Assembly (NCBI GenBank): GCA_014238945.1
Contig: JABAAB010000100.1
Location: 13,612 to 77,611 of the forward strand
Reading direction: 5' to 3'
From: Lysobacterales bacterium
Lineage (GTDB): Bacteria > Pseudomonadota > Gammaproteobacteria > Xanthomonadales > SZUA-36
Length of the DNA: 64,000 nt
Positions 41,758 through 56,409 of the stretch are shown in pieces. Position numbers and translations under genes: made by a program. The notes under the pieces are model-generated. The model saw only the letters and a list, made by a program, of their open reading frames with translations. It was not told the DNA's origin and did no database searches. How positions within the stretch are numbered: position 1 is the stretch's first letter; the number at the start of each line of letters is the position of its first letter.

Positions 41758-43497
41758 CTATGAACCACCCGCATCAATCTTACGGGTAATGTACCACTGC
41801 TGAGCCAATGACAGGCCGGCGTTTGTTGCCCAATAGAGCACCAGGCCGGCCGGGAAAAATGCAAACATGATAGAGAAGCCTATCGGCATGAATTGCATAA
41901 TTTTCTGTTGCATAGGATCCATACCGGCGGTTGGTGTCAAACGCTGCGTCAGGATCATGAAAGCGGCGTTGAAAATCGGTAAGATGAAGTATGGATCCGG
42001 TGCTGTCAGGTTTTCTATCCACAGGATGAAGGGGGCCTGGCGCAACTCCACAGATTCCAGCAACACCCAGTAAAGCGCAATGAAGATTGGTATCTGGACC
42101 AGGATGGGTAAGCAACCACCCAGGGGATTTACCTTTTCTTTCTTGTACATCTCCATCATGGCCTGACTCATACGCTGACGGTCATCGCCATAGCGCTCTT
42201 TGAGTTGCTCAATCCGGGGCTGCAGCTTTCGCATCCGTGCCATGGAGCGAAATTGTGCCTCGGTCAGTTTGAAAAACATCAACTTGATCAACACCGTCAA
42301 CAGGACTATTGCCCAGCCCCAGTTTCCGACCATGGAATGCAGTTTATTCAACAACCAGAACAGCGGCTTGGAAAATACCGTGAAGATGCCATAGTTGACG
42401 GTATGGCCCAGCCCCGGTGCTACCTCACCCAGTTTTTCCTGCAATTTTGGTCCAATGTACAAGCGGCTTTCAAATTCATGTATTGACCCGTCGCCGACCA
42501 AAACCGATGGTGATACTGCCCGGGCTATATAGCGAGGCAGGCCGGTGGGTGAATAAACCTGGGTTGAGTAACTTTCGGTCTCTTCTTCTGGTGGTATCCA
42601 GGCAGCAAAGAAATAATGTTGCACCATGGACAGCCAGCCACCACTGAAACTTCTTTTGTAGGGCTCGGAGGCGACATCTTCAAAATCGATCTTTTCGAAC
42701 TTTTCTTCAGGACTGTAAAAACCAATACCAAAAAAGCTGTACCTGCCGGGATTGGTAAAGCCCCCGTCATCCCTGTCCACAACGACCGAACGTTGCAACT
42801 GGTCATAGCGGCTCCCGGACCAGCTTTGTCCGCTGTCATTGGTCAGGGTGTGACGTACCTGAATGTCGTATTCACCCCGCTCAAAAATGAATGTCTTGGT
42901 GACGTGTATACCGCCATCTTCCCAGGTTAATGGCACTCGGATTTCGTCTGCTCCACGTTCCAGCCTGTAATGCATGGCATCGGCCTGGTAACTGCTGGTG
43001 TGGTTGGGCGCTGTCTCACGGCTTAATAAGCCGGATTGTGCAATGAACAGTTCTGGTCCATTGCGGTTAAGAATGTCGACTTTTATTTCACGTAATTCCG
43101 GGTCCACCGGATAATTCAGCAGGCTTGCCGTGACGACAGTTCCTCCGGTCAGGTCTATCCCAACTTCCAGCACATCCGTGGTAATTACCAGCAAAGCTTG
43201 TTCGCCACTCATGGTCGCCTGCTGGGTTTGTAACGGCCGGGTACTTTGCAGGGGCATGCTCTCCGGGTTCGGGGAGGGTTGGCTGGTCACCGGGGTGTCG
43301 ATATCCGGATCGGGTAGATCGCCCACAGCCGGTTGCTGGCTATCCGCCGGGCCAGGTACCGGTGTGGAATCGAAAGAAACCTCGTTGGTTGTTGCGTCCG
43401 CCTGTGGTTGAGGACCATAGTCCTTCTGCCATTCCACCCACAAGAGGTAGGAAATAAACACCAACGAAATCAACAGGATAGGGCGAAGGTTTGTCAT
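41758..43497 (-). CDS. yidC: Membrane protein insertase YidC
   Basis: 579 aa. N-terminal anchor, large periplasmic domain and a conserved C-terminal 5-TM core (GCLPILVQIPIFIALY). Confidence 0.95.
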   Translation of the reverse strand: MTNLRPILLISLVFISYLLWVEWQKDYGPQPQADATTNEVSFDSTPVPGPADSQQPAVGDLPDPDIDTPVTSQPSPNPESMPLQSTRPLQTQQATMSGEQALLVITTDVLEVGIDLTGGTVVTASLLNYPVDPELREIKVDILNRNGPELFIAQSGLLSRETAPNHTSSYQADAMHYRLERGADEIRVPLTWEDGGIHVTKTFIFERGEYDIQVRHTLTNDSGQSWSGSRYDQLQRSVVVDRDDGGFTNPGRYSFFGIGFYSPEEKFEKIDFEDVASEPYKRSFSGGWLSMVQHYFFAAWIPPEEETESYSTQVYSPTGLPRYIARAVSPSVLVGDGSIHEFESRLYIGPKLQEKLGEVAPGLGHTVNYGIFTVFSKPLFWLLNKLHSMVGNWGWAIVLLTVLIKLMFFKLTEAQFRSMARMRKLQPRIEQLKERYGDDRQRMSQAMMEMYKKEKVNPLGGCLPILVQIPIFIALYWVLLESVELRQAPFILWIENLTAPDPYFILPIFNAAFMILTQRLTPTAGMDPMQQKIMQFMPIGFSIMFAFFPAGLVLYWATNAGLSLAQQWYITRKIDAGGS

Positions 43498-43913
43498 TAT
43501 CGAATTATCCCTGTTTGTTCTTGCCCGTTTTGCCTGTGACCCGCATCGGGGACGCCGGTATCGCCGGCTTTTCTGGCCAGTCTTGGCCAGTGCTTGCTGA
43601 GCGATTCATTCAGTATCCTGTTGGGCCCGTCCGCCGCCTGCCCTGTGGGCATGACGACAAAATCCATTGGCGTGCCAGGTAATTGCCCGGCCACCATTGA
43701 GCGGAAGTGTTCCCGTACCACCCTTCTAATTCGGTTGCGGCCAACCGCCCTAGGGCAGTTCTTTTTCGAAACCGCCATGCCAAGCCGATGAATTTGGAGA
43801 CCATTTACCCTCGCCAAAACACGAAAATATACATCCGCTGACCGAACTGGTTGTTGAAATACCCTTTTGAACTCGACTGGGCGAAGTAGCCTGTATTGCC
43901 TGGTAAACCTCAT
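43497..43913 (-). CDS. rnpA: RNase P protein component
   Basis: 138 aa. LLRPVEFKRVF and RNRIRRVVRE motifs. Sits between rpmH and yidC. The C-terminal tail is longer than usual. Confidence 0.88.
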   Translation of the reverse strand: MRFTRQYRLLRPVEFKRVFQQPVRSADVYFRVLARVNGLQIHRLGMAVSKKNCPRAVGRNRIRRVVREHFRSMVAGQLPGTPMDFVVMPTGQAADGPNRILNESLSKHWPRLARKAGDTGVPDAGHRQNGQEQTGIIR

Positions 43914-44025
43914 GACATGTGGTTATTGCTGTAGCGCGCTTACCTGCCCTCAAAGATCCCGGGGTGCGCGACGGTTCCGCCACTGTTGTCCGGGCTATTT
44001 TGCTTGGGTTTCCGGGTCACAACTC

Positions 44026-44160
44026 TCAGGCTGACAGGCGTTTTCGACCCTTGGTGCGGCGGGCATTGATGATTGCGCGGCCACCACGTGTTGCCATCCG
44101 GGCACGAAAGCCGTGTCTGCGGGCACGCTTGAGCAGGCTTGGCTGAAAAGTACGTTTCAT
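44026..44160 (-). CDS. rpmH: 50S ribosomal protein L34
   Basis: My own translation gives [44 protein letters not shown] (44 aa). It falls below the ORF-track length cutoff. Confidence 0.95.
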   Translation of the reverse strand: MKRTFQPSLLKRARRHGFRARMATRGGRAIINARRTKGRKRLSA

Positions 44161-44313
44161 TTCTGGAACCTCATAAAATCTGAAAAGACTACCTTATTTA
44201 AGTTTCAGGCAGCCGACACAAGAGGCGAATGGTATCCCGTATGGCTGTGGCATTCAAGCATTTGGTGGGTGAATGTTTTTTTCCCGGTTTAACTATTCCC
44301 AGCTATAGCCAAG

Positions 44314-44322
44314 TTATCCACA
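44314..44322 (+). promoter_or_regulatory. Consensus DnaA box in the dnaA promoter region
   Basis: A perfect TTATCCACA, with a perfect TATAAT at 44339-44344 just downstream, about 150 nt upstream of the dnaA ATG. Confidence 0.6.
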
Positions 44323-44493
44323 GCACGGTAGACTAGCCTATAATCAGGAGTGGTGGTGATTCGTACATCCGCAAGCCTGTCGGTGTATCATAATATCGAT
44401 CATAAGCTCCTGAAATATATAATAAACCTGGCACTTCGATGCTGATTGCATCATGTATCGGATCGGATAAACCCCTTTTGGCATCAAGGCGGA

Positions 44494-45810
44494 ATGGCAA
44501 AAAATACCTGGCAGCTTTGTCTCCAACACCTGGAGCGGGAATTACCGGCTGAGGACGTAAACACCTTCATCCGTCCGCTAGAGGTAGTGAATGGCAAGAA
44601 CAAGACCCGGCTGGTCGCACCAAATCATTACATCCGGGGACATATAGCAACCCACTACCTGGAAAGAATCAGGGACATCTTCGAACACCTCGGTGAATCC
44701 AGAGAATCGGTAAGCATTGAAGAGGGTCAACCCACCATTTCGAGTGCTGGTGCCGTTCAGGAGGTACCATCAACTGCAAATAACACGTCAAAAACCGGTC
44801 TCGACAATCGTTACCGTTTTGACAACTTTGTTCGTGGTAAATCCAATGAGCTTGGTTTTGCCGCCGCTCAGCAGATCGCTCAACGCCCCGGTGATGCGTA
44901 CAACCCTTTGTTGTTGTATGGCAGTACAGGTCTGGGTAAAACACATTTACTGCATGCTATAGGTAACCTGATCAGGCAACAAAACCCGGCCATTAAGGTT
45001 ATTTATCTCGACTCCGAACGCTTTGTCAGTGACATGATCCGCTCACTGCGTCATGGCGACATTGATAAGTTCAAGACACATTATCGTTCCGCCGGGGCAC
45101 TGCTGATCGATGATATCCAGTTTTTTGCCGGAAAGGACAGGTCGCAAGAAGAGTTCTTTCATACATTCAATGCCCTGCTTGATGGAAATCAACAAATTGT
45201 TCTGACCTGTGATCGTTACCCCAAAGAGGTTGAGGGTCTGGAGGCGCGTTTGCGGTCCCGCTTTGGCTGGGGCCTGACAGTTGCCATTGAGCCCCCGGAT
45301 TTTGAAACCCGGGTTGCCATCCTGATGAACAAGGCCCAGGAACGGGGTGTTCAACTGGAAGAGGCTGTTGCATTTCTGATTGCCAAGCGACTCCGCTCAC
45401 ATGTGCGGGATCTTGAAGGTGCACTCAACACACTGATTGCCAACGCGCGTTTCACCGGGCAAAGCATTACCGAGAGTTTTACCCGGGAGGTGCTCAGAGA
45501 CCTGTTGACTGTTCATGACCGTTTGATCACGATTGCAAATATTCAAAAAACCGTTTGTGAATATTACAAAATGCGGATATCAGAGTTATTATCCAAGCGC
45601 AGAACCCGCAGCATTGCACGACCGAGACAAATGGCCATGGCGCTGGCTAAAGAGTTAACCCAACACAGCCTGCCAGAGATTGGTGATGCTTTTGGGGGCC
45701 GGGACCATACCACTGTTCTACATGCTTGTCGTAAAATAGCAGAGTTGTGTGAAACAGATGGTCGTCTGCGTGAGGACAGGGCCAAATTGCTGCGTCTTTT
45801 GACAGCTTGA
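44494..45810 (+). CDS. dnaA: Chromosomal replication initiator DnaA
   Basis: 438 aa from [14 protein letters not shown] (ATG 44494). AAA+ Walker [11 protein letters not shown] and a C-terminal DNA-binding helix [12 protein letters not shown]. Confidence 0.95.
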   Translation: MAKNTWQLCLQHLERELPAEDVNTFIRPLEVVNGKNKTRLVAPNHYIRGHIATHYLERIRDIFEHLGESRESVSIEEGQPTISSAGAVQEVPSTANNTSKTGLDNRYRFDNFVRGKSNELGFAAAQQIAQRPGDAYNPLLLYGSTGLGKTHLLHAIGNLIRQQNPAIKVIYLDSERFVSDMIRSLRHGDIDKFKTHYRSAGALLIDDIQFFAGKDRSQEEFFHTFNALLDGNQQIVLTCDRYPKEVEGLEARLRSRFGWGLTVAIEPPDFETRVAILMNKAQERGVQLEEAVAFLIAKRLRSHVRDLEGALNTLIANARFTGQSITESFTREVLRDLLTVHDRLITIANIQKTVCEYYKMRISELLSKRRTRSIARPRQMAMALAKELTQHSLPEIGDAFGGRDHTTVLHACRKIAELCETDGRLREDRAKLLRLLTA

Positions 45811-46059
45811 CGTTTTGTGGAACAATAGTGGAACAAGGCCTGTATAAACTGTGCATAAGTTTGCCGTAATGGATGGGCACTCCTTACTCCACAGCTTATC
45901 CACAGCTTTACGGTCATCATTCACACAAGGTAGTATATATTTAACCTTTTGATAAATAACATCTAAATGAAGATATTAACTTACTAACAAGGCTTACTAC
46001 TACTACTGTTTATATATATATTCTTTTAATTAAAGAACAGTAATAATAAGGATCAGGTC
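45811..46059. other. Candidate oriC segment: DnaA boxes plus an AT-rich unwinding-type region
   Basis: TGTGCATAA (45850-45858, one mismatch), a perfect TTATCCACA (45896-45904) and degenerate TGTGGAACA-type boxes near 45816-45835. These are followed by about 140 nt of very AT-rich DNA containing (TAC)4 at 45995-46006 and (TA)5 at 46011-46020. Confidence 0.4.
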
Positions 46060-47160
46060 ATGAAATTCAGTATTTCGAGGGAAACGTTTCTTCAACCAAT
46101 CAGCCAGGTTATCGGTGTGGTAGAGCGCAGACAGACGCTGCCAGTACTGGCTAACTTCATGCTTTCCGCACGGGATGGACGACTCACCGTGACCGGAACC
46201 GATATGGAGGTTGAATTGGTTTCATCCATAGCCGCCAATGTTAAACAGGGTGGCGAAATAACCATACCGGCACGAAAGCTGGTGGACATCGTCAGGGCTT
46301 TACCTGATGGGGCTGGTATCACATTTTCCTTAAGTGATGAAAAGGCGACCATTACGGCCGGTCGCAGTCGATTTACTTTATCAACCCTGCCGGCATCAGA
46401 GTTCCCGGCCACTGACCAGGTGGAATCCCATGAGAGCATTACGGTCAGTGAAACCGGTTTAAAGAACATGATGGACAAAACGGCGTTTGCGATGGCAAAC
46501 CAGGATGTTCGATATTATTTGAATGGTTTGTTGTTTGACCTGGAGGGCAATCAGTTGCGGGCTGTTGCTACCGATGGCCACAGATTGGCCATTTGTGACC
46601 TGGAGAACCCAATCGACACCCGCAGGGACCAACAACTCATAGTGCCACGCAAGGGTGTTATGGAGTTGATAAGAATGTTGTCCGGTGATGACGTTGATGT
46701 GACGCTCACCATAGACAGAAACCACATAAGATTGGTCAAGGGTGACACCGTGTTTACGTCTAAACTGATTGATGGCCGTTTTCCTGACTACCGTGCGGTT
46801 GTCCCGGCGGGTGCAGACAAGCAGATGCTTGTGGACCGGTCCTCGTTTATTCATGCGCTTCAGCGTGCGTCCATATTGTCCAACGAAAAGTACAAAGGGG
46901 TCAGACTGGAAGCGTCTGAGAATATGATCAGGATCGTTGCACACAACCCCCTGCATGAGGAGGCGGTTGAGGAAATTGAGGCCGAGCTGAATTTTGACCG
47001 ACTTGCCGTGGGCTTCAATGTCACCTATTTGCTGGATGCATTAATGGCTATTGAAACCGAACAGGTGTCTCTGGAGTTGAAGGATGCAAACAGCAGTTGC
47101 CTGGTTTCGGCACCTGATTCAAATCTCAACCGGCATGTGGTAATGCCACTGAAGCTGTAG
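46060..47160 (+). CDS. dnaN: DNA polymerase III beta sliding clamp
   Basis: 366 aa with typical MKFSISRE...LLxPLQ start and three-domain length. Follows dnaA. Confidence 0.95.
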   Translation: MKFSISRETFLQPISQVIGVVERRQTLPVLANFMLSARDGRLTVTGTDMEVELVSSIAANVKQGGEITIPARKLVDIVRALPDGAGITFSLSDEKATITAGRSRFTLSTLPASEFPATDQVESHESITVSETGLKNMMDKTAFAMANQDVRYYLNGLLFDLEGNQLRAVATDGHRLAICDLENPIDTRRDQQLIVPRKGVMELIRMLSGDDVDVTLTIDRNHIRLVKGDTVFTSKLIDGRFPDYRAVVPAGADKQMLVDRSSFIHALQRASILSNEKYKGVRLEASENMIRIVAHNPLHEEAVEEIEAELNFDRLAVGFNVTYLLDALMAIETEQVSLELKDANSSCLVSAPDSNLNRHVVMPLKL

Positions 47161-47260
47161 ATTCCTTAGACGGGGTGGCAGTGATTACGGTTGATTGCGG
47201 AGCTGTTGCCGGAGGGGTCTGCATTTGGCGTTGTGTCCGAGTCGGGGAGCAGCGAACGCG

Positions 47261-50894
<3,634 letters not shown>

Positions 50895-50944
50895 CCACCT
50901 TGTGCGCTTAAGGGGGCGTATAAACGGCTCTTTGGCCCTGCAGA

Positions 50945-53047
50945 TCAGGACACCAGGGCAAAGTTAGCAATGTGGTCAAAAAGACCCTTTAGGCGGGCCA
51001 GCAGATTAAGCCGGTTTTGCCGAATTTCCGGATCGTCATCCATCACCATTACATGCTCAAAAAACGCCTCAACCGGTATGGATAGCTCAGCCAAAAGCGT
51101 TAGGGCAGCGGTATAATCTGCAGTTTCAAAAAAAACATTGATTTTTTTGTCAATGTTCTTAATTTCTTCGAAAAGCCGTTTTTCTTCGTCGATAATTAAC
51201 CTTTCATCCAAAACCGTAGAATCACCACCCACCTCGGATTTACGTAATATATTGCCTATTCTCTTGTTGGCCTCGACCAGCTTGTCTGCCGTCTCCAGTT
51301 GCATAAATCCGTGCACCGCCTGAAGTCGGGAGGACAGGTCAGATAGTGTGCCCAGAGGGGCGTCCAAAACGGCATTGACCACATTGGTATTATTACCTTG
51401 ATCACGCAGATAATTGCGCATCCGTTCCAATATGAACTGACGAAGCTCCAAACGTACGCCAGGGGGTACGGATTGTGTTTCCTGAACGATATCAGAGGTG
51501 ATTTCCAGCAATCTATCCAACCCGATATCCAAATCACCGTCCAGCAGGATACGAATCAGCCCCAGTGCGGCCCTGCGGAGAGCAAATGGGTCCTTGTTGC
51601 CGGAAGGCTTTAGTCCGGAGGCGAATATACCCGTAAGGGTGTCCAACCGATCAGCCAGTGAAACAATTTTTCCGGTTGCACTGGCCGGTAATTCGTCACC
51701 CGAAAACGCCGGGAGGTAGTGATCACCAATTGCCTGGGCAACCACATACTTTTCGCCACTTTGCAGGGCGTAATAACGTCCCATGACACCCTGGAGCTCG
51801 GGGAACTCACCCACCATTTGGCTTACCAGGTCACACTTACAAAGTTTTCCAGCTCGTTCCGCGTCGGCGACTTTACGGCCGGTTTCTTCGGCTATCGTCT
51901 TTGAAATTGTGCTGATACGCGTCGATTTGTCTAGTATTGTTCCTAAATTCTTTTGAAAAACAATTCTGTCAAGATGGGGCAACCAGTGTTCCATTGATGT
52001 TTTGTTGTCCTGTTCCCAGAAAAAACGGGCGTCCGCAAGCCGTGGTCTGATCACACGCTCAAAACCCTGTCTGACGGCATCAAAATCCTGGCTTTCAAGG
52101 TTGGCCACGGCAATAAATCGGGGCATAAGAGCCCCGTCTTGCACACTGACAACGGGAAAAAACTTTTGATGATCCTGCATGCTGGCGATTAACGCCTCGG
52201 CCGGTACTTCCAGGAATTCTGGATCAAAACTGCCGCATATGGAGCGGGGCCACTCAACCAGGTTGCAAACCTCTTCCAATAAACGCTCATCTATCAACGC
52301 ACGACCACCCGCATTCTTTCCAAGTATGGTGGCCTGGTTTCTAATAACATCCAGACGTTTTTGTTGATCAACGGAAACATACGCTGTATCAAGAACCCGT
52401 TCATAGTCGGATACTGTATCTATCTGGTGCGGGCCTGGACTGTGTATCCTGTGTCCCCGCGTGGTGTTGCCCGAAGCCAGGCCCATCAGGGATCCAGGAA
52501 TGACTTTGGTGCCATGCATGACGACCAGCCAATGGACGGGACGGACAAAACTGAATTCATTTGATCCCCAGCGCATGGGTTTTGCCACAGGTAATGTAGT
52601 CAATGACTTTTCCAGCATTGGAAACAGCAAATTTTCAAGCCGTTCACCCGGCCGCTCAACGGTACAAAACAACCACTCACCTTTGTCTGTTTTCAGTCTT
52701 TCAAGCTCCTCAACCGACCTTCCCACAGAACGGGCAAAACCAGTAGCAGCGGGCAGCGGCTGGCCATCCTGGTCAAAGGCAGAAGAGATGGCGGGCCCTT
52801 TGCGTTTGAGGATCTGATCCGGTTGACGTTCGGATACTGAGGCAATCAACAGGGCCAGCCTCCTGGGTGTATATAAAACACGGCTGGAATCGGCGTCGAA
52901 ATCAATTTGTGCGGATTTTAACTGATGCTGGAAACCGGCCAAAAACGCCTCACCCAGTCTGGTCAGTGACCTGGGCGGTAATTCTTCACAGCCGAGCTCG
53001 ATTAACAGATCGTCCCTTGCGGAGTCCGGGGCTCTGGAGTTACTCAT
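50945..53047 (-). CDS. glyS: Glycine--tRNA ligase beta subunit
   Basis: 700 aa. N-terminus [12 protein letters not shown]. Overlaps the glyQ stop. Confidence 0.93.
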   Translation of the reverse strand: MSNSRAPDSARDDLLIELGCEELPPRSLTRLGEAFLAGFQHQLKSAQIDFDADSSRVLYTPRRLALLIASVSERQPDQILKRKGPAISSAFDQDGQPLPAATGFARSVGRSVEELERLKTDKGEWLFCTVERPGERLENLLFPMLEKSLTTLPVAKPMRWGSNEFSFVRPVHWLVVMHGTKVIPGSLMGLASGNTTRGHRIHSPGPHQIDTVSDYERVLDTAYVSVDQQKRLDVIRNQATILGKNAGGRALIDERLLEEVCNLVEWPRSICGSFDPEFLEVPAEALIASMQDHQKFFPVVSVQDGALMPRFIAVANLESQDFDAVRQGFERVIRPRLADARFFWEQDNKTSMEHWLPHLDRIVFQKNLGTILDKSTRISTISKTIAEETGRKVADAERAGKLCKCDLVSQMVGEFPELQGVMGRYYALQSGEKYVVAQAIGDHYLPAFSGDELPASATGKIVSLADRLDTLTGIFASGLKPSGNKDPFALRRAALGLIRILLDGDLDIGLDRLLEITSDIVQETQSVPPGVRLELRQFILERMRNYLRDQGNNTNVVNAVLDAPLGTLSDLSSRLQAVHGFMQLETADKLVEANKRIGNILRKSEVGGDSTVLDERLIIDEEKRLFEEIKNIDKKINVFFETADYTAALTLLAELSIPVEAFFEHVMVMDDDPEIRQNRLNLLARLKGLFDHIANFALVS

Positions 53048-53933
53048 GACCTGTCTCCCGCAGGCCAGGAAAACCGAGTTTTTCCCTGCCCGAATAATAA
53101 GTCTCGGCCACCGCTCTGGACAAGGCCCTTACACGCAAGATATAACGCTGCCGCTCGGTAACGGAAATTGCTTTGCGAGCATCCAGTAAATTAAATGTGT
53201 GTGAGGCTTTCAATACCTGCTCATAGGCGGGCAGGGCGAGATCAAGGGCAACCAGCTTTTGCGCTTGTGCTTCACAGGTGTCAAACCAGCTGAACAGGGA
53301 GTCCGTGTCTGCATGTTCGAAATTGTAGGCGGATTGCTCGACTTCATTCTGATGGAAAACATCACCATAAGTTATTCTATTTCCGCCGGTGTCTGTCCAG
53401 ATCAAATCAAAAATACTGTCAACATCCTGCAGGTACATGGCCAGGCGCTCCAGCCCATAGGTGATTTCCCCCAAGACCGGACGACACTCCACCCCCCCGG
53501 CCTGTTGGAAGTAGGTGAACTGGGTAACTTCCATACCATTGAGCCACACCTCCCAGCCAAGTCCCCAGGCACCCAGTGTCGGTGATTCCCAGTTGTCTTC
53601 AACAAACCGTATGTCATGTACGGTGGGATCAATTCCAATGGCCTGAAGTGAGCTGAGATACATTTCCTGGATATTTTCAGGTGCCGGCTTTAGTGCCACC
53701 TGGTATTGGTAATAGTGTTGCAACCGATTGGGATTTTCGCCATACCGTCCGTCGGTTGGGCGTCTGCAGGGCTGTACATAGGCCGCATTCCACGGCTCCG
53801 GACCAATGGAGCGCAAAAAAGTGGCAGGATGAAATGTTCCCGCACCGACCTCGAGGTCTAGCGGTTGGATTAACACACAGCCCTGTTGTGCCCAATACGT
53901 CTGCAGGCAGTTGATAAATTCCTGAAAAGTCAT
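53040..53933 (-). CDS. glyQ: Glycine--tRNA ligase alpha subunit
   Basis: 297 aa from [20 protein letters not shown] highly conserved GlyQ sequence throughout. Confidence 0.93.
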   Translation of the reverse strand: MTFQEFINCLQTYWAQQGCVLIQPLDLEVGAGTFHPATFLRSIGPEPWNAAYVQPCRRPTDGRYGENPNRLQHYYQYQVALKPAPENIQEMYLSSLQAIGIDPTVHDIRFVEDNWESPTLGAWGLGWEVWLNGMEVTQFTYFQQAGGVECRPVLGEITYGLERLAMYLQDVDSIFDLIWTDTGGNRITYGDVFHQNEVEQSAYNFEHADTDSLFSWFDTCEAQAQKLVALDLALPAYEQVLKASHTFNLLDARKAISVTERQRYILRVRALSRAVAETYYSGREKLGFPGLRETGHE

Positions 53934-54043
53934 GAAAATCCTGTGACCGGTTCCCCGAGTCTGCACCCCGTTAAATCAATCGGGGTAGTATAGCCAATTA
54001 GTATCACGAACGGGTGCGAATAACAGAAGTTGAACGGACAAAA

Positions 54044-54793
54044 ATGAAACCAATAGCGTTGATAAAAACCGGCAGTACAATCAGGGAAATCTCACGACAG
54101 CACGGTGATTTTGAACACTGGTTTGCTGCCGCAATGAATGTTTCCAACTGGATACAGATCGATGTATACAAACATCAGAGCCTGCCATCGCCCCAGGGTC
54201 TGAGTGGTGTAGTGATCACGGGATCAGCGGCCATGGTCTCCGACCGCGAAGACTGGAGCGAGGCAACCGCAGAGTGGTTGAGGGTGGTGGTGCCGGGCGG
54301 AACGCCGGTGCTTGGGGTATGTTACGGTCATCAGTTGATCGCCCATGCATTGGGTGGCAAGGTGGGCCAGAACCCCGCAGGCAGGCAAATCGGGACGGTC
54401 ACCGCGAATCTGATTGAACCGTCAAACAAAGACGCCCTGCTCGGTCATTTACCGGCCCGTTTTGCAGCCCAGTCATCTCACCAGGAAACCGTGCTGGAGA
54501 TTCCTGCCGGAGCAATACGGTTGGCAACCAGCCCCCTGGATGACAATTTCGCCTTACGGTTTTCTGAACATGTATGGGGTGTGCAATTTCATCCGGAGTT
54601 TTCCAATGAGGTCATGTCTCAATACATCCACCTGAGAAGGGGGGCGCTGACAGACGAAGGCCTGAACACAGAAAGACTCCTAAATGAAACAAGGGCATCC
54701 GAAAAAGCCCGAACAGTACTTCAAAAATTCGCGGAAATTGTTACCCGGTCTGCCACAGCCTCTAATCGGAGCGACGCCAACGAAGCGGCTTAA
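54044..54793 (+). CDS. Class-I glutamine amidotransferase (GuaA-N-like, stand-alone)
   Basis: 249 aa from MKPIALIKTG. Nucleophile elbow LGVCYGHQL and FHPE histidine motif. Confidence 0.75.
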   Translation: MKPIALIKTGSTIREISRQHGDFEHWFAAAMNVSNWIQIDVYKHQSLPSPQGLSGVVITGSAAMVSDREDWSEATAEWLRVVVPGGTPVLGVCYGHQLIAHALGGKVGQNPAGRQIGTVTANLIEPSNKDALLGHLPARFAAQSSHQETVLEIPAGAIRLATSPLDDNFALRFSEHVWGVQFHPEFSNEVMSQYIHLRRGALTDEGLNTERLLNETRASEKARTVLQKFAEIVTRSATASNRSDANEAA

Positions 54794-54872
54794 TGGACAA
54801 GTGCCGGCAGCTATCCGCCAGTCTGTGGCGAGTCAACCTCACCCGTCAGCAGGTGGCACACAACAATATCAG

Positions 54873-55319
54873 CTAGGATGCTTCAACCCTGAAAATTACA
54901 CCCTCAATGCCGGTCACCTTTATCGAGGTTCCGGCGGGCAGATCAGGACCCTTCACCTTCCAGGTGGAATCATCCACGGTGACCTTGCCCACACCGTTGA
55001 TTATGGGTTCTTCGAGGGAAAAAACACGCCCAATGTATTGATGACCACGACGATTCAGGTTGGGCTGGTCCGTGGTGGTGGGGCGTGCTTCACGATATTT
55101 TTTCCAGGCGAGGACCGCGACGATTGAAGCGATACCGAACAGCACCAACTGGGTTTCCAGTGGAATTCCCGGAAATACCAGCAGTATCAGACCAACAGCG
55201 GCAGCCGCAATACCCAGCCACAAAAAGAAGAACGCGGGAGCGGACAACTCCAGAATAAGCAGTACTCCTGCAAGTATCCACCAGTGCCAAAAGACAATAT
55301 GTTCAAGCCAGGCCATCAT
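54873..55319 (-). CDS. NfeD-family membrane protein
   Basis: 148 aa. Three N-terminal TM helices and a C-terminal OB-like soluble domain (GKVTVDDSTWKVKG). Lies directly downstream of the SPFH gene. Confidence 0.85.
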   Translation of the reverse strand: MMAWLEHIVFWHWWILAGVLLILELSAPAFFFLWLGIAAAAVGLILLVFPGIPLETQLVLFGIASIVAVLAWKKYREARPTTTDQPNLNRRGHQYIGRVFSLEEPIINGVGKVTVDDSTWKVKGPDLPAGTSIKVTGIEGVIFRVEAS

Positions 55320-55321
55320 AG

Positions 55322-56257
55322 TCAGGAAGTTCCCGCGTTCTTTTCGGCCATCGCGGCCGTGACGATTTCCGTGATTCCTGCCAGGCTACCCAGGATGCCG
55401 GTGGTTTCCATGGGTAACAGCAAAGTCTTTTGATTTGCGCTGGTGGCGAACTCACCGAGTGCCTCGACGTATTTTTGGGCGATAAAGTAATTGATTGCCT
55501 GTAAATCCCCGGCCGCGATCGCATCAGAAACCATCGTGGTTGCCCTGGCCTCTGCCTCGGCCAGGCGCTCACGGGCCTCTGCCTCCCTGAATGCCGCTTC
55601 CTTTCGGCCTTCTGCGTCCAGAACAATGGCTTGTTTGTCACCCTCGGCACGCAGGATTTCCGCCTGCCGGTGACCTTCAGCCTCGAGAATATTGGCCCGC
55701 TTTTCACGTTCAGCTTTCATTTGCCGCGCCATGGCATTGACCAGATCCATAGGGGGGGTAATGTCCTTGATCTCAATGCGGGTCACTTTCAAACCCCACG
55801 GAGTCGTGGCTTCGTCTACAACGGAAAGTAATTGTGCATTGATGGTGTCTCGTTTGGAAAGGGCGTCGTCGAGATCCATGGAACCCAGCACAGTACGTAT
55901 GTTGGTAACCGTCAGGTTGAGCACAGCGTGTTCAAGACGGAATACCTCGTAGGCGGCCTTGGCAGCATCCAGCACCTGGAAAAAGACCACACCATCAACG
56001 GTCAGGACCGCATTGTCCTTTGAAATGACTTCCTGTGACGGGACATCCAGCACCCGCTCCATCATGTTCACACGCTGACCGATACGGTTTACAAATGGAA
56101 TCATGATATGAAAACCGGGACCGAAAGTAGTGGCGTAACGGCCAAATCGTTCAACGGTGTATTCATAGCCCTGCCGCACGATGATGACGGCCTTACGGAC
56201 TACTGTGATGGCAAGGATTGCGACAATCACTGACCAGATCAATGGATTTTCAAACAT
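55322..56257 (-). CDS. SPFH/band-7 (stomatin/QmcA-like) protein
   Basis: 311 aa from MFENPLIW, with AAGGAGGG upstream. N-terminal anchor, SPFH core and an Ala/Glu-rich coiled coil. Confidence 0.88.
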   Translation of the reverse strand: MFENPLIWSVIVAILAITVVRKAVIIVRQGYEYTVERFGRYATTFGPGFHIMIPFVNRIGQRVNMMERVLDVPSQEVISKDNAVLTVDGVVFFQVLDAAKAAYEVFRLEHAVLNLTVTNIRTVLGSMDLDDALSKRDTINAQLLSVVDEATTPWGLKVTRIEIKDITPPMDLVNAMARQMKAEREKRANILEAEGHRQAEILRAEGDKQAIVLDAEGRKEAAFREAEARERLAEAEARATTMVSDAIAAGDLQAINYFIAQKYVEALGEFATSANQKTLLLPMETTGILGSLAGITEIVTAAMAEKNAGTS

Positions 56258-56409
56258 TTCAGACCCTCCTTTTCGCTTGAACCCAGGATTCCTGTAGGAT
56301 ATGGAACTCAAGAAATTCAGCTAATTTCTGAGTGTAAAATATTAACAGAAACGATTTCTTACAAGATGCGCCAGAAGTCACTGACAGCCTTGTCTGAAAG
56401 GATATTAGC

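Noticed and set aside
45995-46021. (TAC)4 and (TA)5 tandem repeats, considered as a repeat array or CRISPR-like.
   Set aside because: These are simple microsatellites of 10-12 nt inside the AT-rich dnaA-dnaN spacer, with no repeat-spacer periodicity. I read them as part of the AT-rich origin-like tract.
56307-56332. Inverted repeat CTCAAGAAATT-CAGCT-AATTTCTGAG in the SPFH-cmoA divergent spacer.
   Set aside because: It is AT-rich with a bulge and has no associated T-run or recognisable operator family. I noted it, but there is not enough evidence to call a feature.
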